Assembly (NCBI GenBank): GCA_051382305.1
Contig: JBBCAV010000071.1
Span: 1-10,050 of the forward strand
DNA length: 10,050 nt
Reading direction: 5' to 3'
DNA from: Bdellovibrionota bacterium FG-2
GTDB lineage: Bacteria; Bdellovibrionota; UBA1018
The notes under the pieces are model-generated. The model had not been told where the DNA came from, did no database searches, and saw nothing but the letters and a program-made list of their open reading frames with translations. The position numbers were made by a program, and so were the translations under genes. Shown here piece by piece: positions 6,442 through 10,050 of this stretch (position 1 is the first letter of the stretch; every line of letters begins with the position of its first letter).

Positions 6442-7727
6442 GTGAGCGCAAAGAGCTAAAGCGAGTGATTGCGGACTTTCCATTTAAAAAACCCCTCCCT
6501 ATCAAGCGAAGTTCGGTCGAGTTGAAAGCTCCGGTTGAGGAGGCACCCGACCCCCAAACGGCCTTGATCAAATCGATTATAGAGGAAAGTCTGTCCACAA
6601 CGGACACTCTTTCAAGCCCACAGTGTTCAGAAATGACAGTATCCACCGCGAACAGTGTGCAAGCTAAACCCTCCTCTGAACACACCACAGTATCCAAATT
6701 GAACACTGTGCCAGATGCGATTGCCTCACGCCCTGTGGAAAGGCTTCAAGGGAATTTCACGCAAGTTCCAAACACGCTTTTGCGAACAGCGGGCATGTTC
6801 GAGGACCCGTTTGACTTCATGATCTACCTGCTCTTGTATTCGTACTCCTACGGGTTTGGCAGAGACACGGCCAGCATGAGTCAATCTCAGATCGAGAACT
6901 TTGCAGGAGTTTCAAAGAATCGGGTTAAGCGATCCCTGGATCGTTTGATCAAGCAACGGTGGATAAAGCGCATCGGGGAATTCGAGCGTTCACGGGTTTC
7001 CCGAAAGTGGCGCGTCTTCGCGCCTGAGGAGCGCAATCCGGGACCCAAGAAGTCAAACAGCACAGTGGCCAGCGCGCACACTGTGCAAAACGCACAGAGT
7101 CCGCAGCAGACACCTACAGTGTTCGCGGCGGACACCGTCACACTATCCACAACGGATACGTTCAAAGAAAGGGGATCCAAAAATAGTTTTTCAAACAAAG
7201 CTCTCTCTGCAATTTCAGAAAACTTGAACTTGCTGGAGTATTTCGACGGACTCAAGCCAATGCGAAAGAGAGAGAGCGAACTCAAGGCTTTTGAAGAACT
7301 CCAGGGGGATTTTTCGGATGTTGAAATTGCTAATTGCCTGTCCCATCTTCAATGCAAAGGCCTCCCAGGAAGGGACGCATGTCACTCTCCGATGACGTAC
7401 CTTGCTCGGGCTATGGGAAATGTTTTGCCGGTTGTGAAATCAAACCAGGAAGCCCAGCGAAGGACTGCCGAAAACGCCGCAAAGATTGAACTCCAAAAAC
7501 AGAAAGATGCCGCGATTGAGGCTCGGGAGAGGAGCGAGTGGGAGGAAAAAGAGCGTGCGTTCGTAGAAGCGTTTCCAGAACAGCGTGAGCAGGAGGAAGC
7601 CGTTGTGGGCTTTTGCGTGCAAAACGGGTTTTTCACGACAAAAGGTCAGGCTGCGCGGATTTTCGCGATTGGGGCTTGGAGCCGGGGGATGAATCGCGAA
7701 GAGAGCGAGGTTGTTATGGTAGGTTAA
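6438..7727 (+). CDS. Putative replication initiator with winged HTH (phage O/replisome-organizer-like)
   Basis: NFTQVPNTLL..IYLLLYSYSYGF..SMSQSQIENFAGVSKNRVKRSLDRLIKQRWI is a typical initiator wHTH; C-terminal SPMTYL segment; ATGA overlap with parA; internal iterons. Confidence 0.75.
   Translation: MSERKELKRVIADFPFKKPLPIKRSSVELKAPVEEAPDPQTALIKSIIEESLSTTDTLSSPQCSEMTVSTANSVQAKPSSEHTTVSKLNTVPDAIASRPVERLQGNFTQVPNTLLRTAGMFEDPFDFMIYLLLYSYSYGFGRDTASMSQSQIENFAGVSKNRVKRSLDRLIKQRWIKRIGEFERSRVSRKWRVFAPEERNPGPKKSNSTVASAHTVQNAQSPQQTPTVFAADTVTLSTTDTFKERGSKNSFSNKALSAISENLNLLEYFDGLKPMRKRESELKAFEELQGDFSDVEIANCLSHLQCKGLPGRDACHSPMTYLARAMGNVLPVVKSNQEAQRRTAENAAKIELQKQKDAAIEARERSEWEEKERAFVEAFPEQREQEEAVVGFCVQNGFFTTKGQAARIFAIGAWSRGMNREESEVVMVG
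6592..6705. repeat. Iteron cluster 1 (palindromic TRTYC-N5-GRACA)
   Basis: TGTCC-ACAAC-GGACA 6592; TGTTC-AGAAA-TGACA 6624; TATCC-ACCGC-GAACA 6640; TATCC-AAATT-GAACA 6691. Confidence 0.75.
7066..7158. repeat. Iteron cluster 2; probable replication origin
   Basis: TGGCC-AGCGC-GCACA 7066; TGTGC-AAAAC-GCACA 7082; AGTCC-GCAGC-AGACA 7098; TGTTC-GCGGC-GGACA 7120; TATCC-ACAAC-GGATA 7144. An AT-rich tract follows (~7179-7230). Confidence 0.75.
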
Positions 7728-7816
7728 TCACAAACCAGTGTAACGGAGCGGTCATTTCACGAGTTGCAACATCATGAAATCACGGACCATTCCAGTTTCT
7801 GTTTTTCGACAATCAG

Positions 7817-7836
7817 TGGTATTCTAAGCATGAGGA
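7817..7836 (+). promoter_or_regulatory. Putative extended -10 promoter and RBS of the two-gene operon
   Basis: TGgTATTCT (7817-7825); GAGGA (7832-7836) before ATG 7843. Confidence 0.4.
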
Positions 7837-7842
7837 TTATTT

Positions 7843-8112
7843 ATGGAGAAAGAAAAAGAAATAGCTCACAGCCCACAGTTAAACGAATCAACTCGCACGC
7901 CTCTTCACGATCAGTTTGATTCGGCAAAGCCAATTTATCCAGATAGCCAGTCGGCGATAGAGGCCCTTGGCTTTAAATTAGAACAGTTGGCCGCGAGCGT
8001 CGGCAAAAGTAGGGAAACCCTTTTGCTGGAAGCTCACACGGCATCCCATTATCAGCCGCAGCATCGGACCGCTTTGAATCTTGAGCGCCAAATCAACTTG
8101 CTGAAATCATGA
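7843..8112 (+). CDS. Small protein, putative antitoxin
   Basis: 89 aa with a good RBS; ATGA overlap with the next gene. LEQLAASVGKSRETLL loosely recalls the LxxFExxYGxSSxxF partners of DUF6516 proteins. Confidence 0.55.
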   Translation: MEKEKEIAHSPQLNESTRTPLHDQFDSAKPIYPDSQSAIEALGFKLEQLAASVGKSRETLLLEAHTASHYQPQHRTALNLERQINLLKS

Positions 8113-8573
8113 AACACGATTGGAACACGCTGGACGACTACTTGTCGGTTCATCATCGTATTCTCCATTTTTATGGAAAATACATGGAGACCCCAAAGGC
8201 TGCTTACCAGGTAACTCAGTTAACCCCCAGGTTTTATACCTTGGAATGCGCGGGGATCATTTTTCGTACTTATCTTTCAAATCGCGTTCGCGTAGATATT
8301 TACAAGGAAATCTTGGTCGATGATTCAAATCCAAGACGGCGACGCGCTCGCACTATAGGCTATAGTTACAATGCCAATACGCCCCAAGGGGCAAATCTAA
8401 TTCGATACGACAGTCCCGATCCACTCAGCACACTTGGGACAAATTCACCCCATCACCACTCGTATCATCACAAGCACGACGAGAGCGTTTCTCCCTCAAG
8501 AATTATTCGAATTGAAGATGACGAATATCCGCATGTTGGTGAGTTCTTTGACGAGATTCTTAGTCGCTTTTGA
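8109..8573 (+). CDS. DUF6516/TumE-like putative toxin
   Basis: YSY..LIRYD..PHH..YHHKH..P...EFFDEI matches the DUF6516 signature (RYD..H..HHxH) as I recall it. Confidence 0.65.
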   Translation: MKHDWNTLDDYLSVHHRILHFYGKYMETPKAAYQVTQLTPRFYTLECAGIIFRTYLSNRVRVDIYKEILVDDSNPRRRRARTIGYSYNANTPQGANLIRYDSPDPLSTLGTNSPHHHSYHHKHDESVSPSRIIRIEDDEYPHVGEFFDEILSRF

Positions 8574-8588
8574 AAAGGATAGTAGACA

Positions 8589-8699
8589 TAGACGGTCCCC
8601 TTCTTAACACCGAGGACTAACCGCAAACAAAAAAGTTGCGGGTACCTCCAGAGAGATGCTTGATGATCTCTCAACCATTTAAATTAAGGAGACCGTCTA
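8589..8699. repeat. 14-bp inverted repeat covering the transposase RBS
   Basis: TAGACGGTCCCCTT (8589-8602) vs AAGGAGACCGTCTA (8686-8699), 13/14 complementary. Confidence 0.85.
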
Positions 8700-9818
8700 A
8701 TGAGCGAGAAAGTACTATTTATTGGCCTGGATGTCGATGACAAAGCTTTTCATGGAGCAGTCCTAGTCTCGAATCTTGGAGAGCTAATCGAGTTTAAATG
8801 CAGGCCTCATGTCGATGGGCTGAGCAAGAAACTTAAGGAACTCCAAGCCCGATTTCCTGACCATAAAATTCGAATTTGTTACGAAGCCACCTATATCGGC
8901 TTCACCCTTCAACGAGACCTTGCGAAAAAGGGCTTTCATTGTGATGTCATTGCTCCGGGGAGCATCCCAAGGACCTATGGTAACCAAGTCAAAACCGATC
9001 GTGTGGATGCCGGCAAGCTGGCTCAGTATTACTGCTCTGGCCTGCTCGCAATCGTTACCCCGCCCGACGAACAAACCGAGAAGGACCGCGATTTATTGCG
9101 ATCCAGAGCATTCGTAATGGGACAACTCTCCGAGGTGAGAACTCACATTCACTCACTGCTTCGGCGTGCCGGCAAGAACTTCAAGGTTGAAACGGGTAGC
9201 AAATCTCACTGGACTAAACACCACTTGTGCTGGATTGAACGAGTAATTGCGGACTCTTCTGGGTGTTTCAGATCCAATCTCGATCTGCTCTACAAACAAA
9301 TGAAATCTCTAAATGTCACACTGGCTGAATACGATGCGGCGGTGGATGAACTCGCGGCTAGCCCTCGTTACGTGAACCAGGTGCAGGCACTCACGTGCTA
9401 CCGCGGGGTGAAGAATCTTTTTGCCATGGTTATGATCACTGAGATCGGCAATATCAAACGATTCCCGCACCCCAGGAAACTCGTCTCGTGGATGGGAATG
9501 GACATTCGGGAATACTCCTCGGGAGGAAAGCAAAATCGCTTCGGCATCACAGGTCATGGCAATCGATATCTTCGTACCGCCTTTGTTGAGGCAAACCAGA
9601 AGAGCTTTCGAAGCCCGGTGTCCGGTAGTGATGTGCGGCTACGAAGACAAAAGCTCCCGCCGCCTCTGGTTGAAATCGCCGAGCGCTGCCAAAAGCGAAT
9701 CTACAAAAAAGGGAACCGATTGCTTCATGCAGGAAAGCACCCCAATAAAGTCAAAGTTGCCTGCGCGCGAGAAATGGTGGGATTCGTCTGGGAATCCCTA
9801 AACAAAGTTGCAGCATGA
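8700..9818 (+). CDS. IS110-family DEDD transposase/recombinase
   Basis: FIGLDVD, CYEAT, KTDRVDA RuvC-like DEDD; C-terminal WMGM..EYSSGG..GIT..GNRYLR with the catalytic Ser; ACARE; AAGGAG RBS. Confidence 0.97.
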   Translation: MSEKVLFIGLDVDDKAFHGAVLVSNLGELIEFKCRPHVDGLSKKLKELQARFPDHKIRICYEATYIGFTLQRDLAKKGFHCDVIAPGSIPRTYGNQVKTDRVDAGKLAQYYCSGLLAIVTPPDEQTEKDRDLLRSRAFVMGQLSEVRTHIHSLLRRAGKNFKVETGSKSHWTKHHLCWIERVIADSSGCFRSNLDLLYKQMKSLNVTLAEYDAAVDELAASPRYVNQVQALTCYRGVKNLFAMVMITEIGNIKRFPHPRKLVSWMGMDIREYSSGGKQNRFGITGHGNRYLRTAFVEANQKSFRSPVSGSDVRLRRQKLPPPLVEIAERCQKRIYKKGNRLLHAGKHPNKVKVACAREMVGFVWESLNKVAA

Positions 9819-9851
9819 AAAAATGAACGAAAAGAATTTCTAGGAAAGGAG

Positions 9852-10035
9852 TTTCACTTTCAGCGTGAAAAAGCGGGTCTTTTGAAAGGGTAAGACAGAC
9901 TCAACGGGAGCCCACCGGAATTGCCCTTAGTCTAAAGCGACTGTGGATAGATTGTGGATAACCGTTACGGACAAATCTTAATGCGTTAGCCAGTACGCGA
10001 ATACGAGGTTGTAAGTCAAAGGTCGAACCTGACTT
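9852..10035 (+). ncRNA. Candidate IS110 bridge/seek RNA
   Basis: Non-coding and hairpin-dense: TTTCAC/GTGAAA 9852-9870; GTCTT/AAGAC 9877-9896; AACGG/CCGTT 9903-9966 closing a large loop; TGCGT/ACGCG 9982-9999; AAGTCA..GGTcgaACC..TGACTT 10013-10035. Confidence 0.6.
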
Positions 10036-10050
10036 TCAAAATGATCCATG

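Larger units (their letters stand above)
5175..10050. mobile_element. tRNA-Pro-integrated plasmid-like element/genomic island, left part (continues past window)
   Basis: Lies on the 5' side of the displaced tRNA 3' fragment, as expected for an island. Carries parA, a Rep-like gene with iterons, a TA-like pair and an IS110. No integrase seen in the window. Confidence 0.75.
8581..10050 (+). mobile_element. IS110-family insertion sequence with short left end and long 3' non-coding end (IS1111-like layout); right end not seen
   Basis: Intact transposase; IR-like TAGACGGTC a few nt inside the inferred left end; at least 230 nt of structured 3' non-coding sequence. Left boundary approximate. Confidence 0.8.

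Noticed and set aside
6592-7158. CRISPR-like array
   Set aside because: Units are 15 bp, degenerate, lack spacers and lie within a CDS; no cas genes in the window.
6263-9801. Antisense and out-of-frame ORFs within parA, rep, toxin and transposase
   Set aside because: They overlap well-supported genes and show no motifs of their own.

Overview
Bacterial DNA, probably Bdellovibrionota/Oligoflexia-like (inferred from protein style only). The window splits at a decayed 3' half of tRNA-Pro(CGG) at 5130-5174 (minus strand), which looks like an att site. Left of it are host genes: a CheY-like receiver, a large Cys-repeat surface protein, an rlmC-type 23S rRNA m5U methyltransferase and small secreted proteins. 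Right of it begins a probable tRNA-integrated, plasmid-like element. It carries candidate integrase arm sites; a parA leader with a predicted ~125-nt counter-transcribed RNA (perfect TTGACA, UUGGCG/CGCCAA loop, strand-specific terminator); parA coupled to a wHTH Rep-like gene holding two clusters of palindromic iterons, with no parB; and a DUF6516/TumE-like toxin-antitoxin pair. An IS110-family element follows, whose structured 3' non-coding end (candidate bridge RNA) runs off the window. All family calls are by motif recognition; no searches were run.
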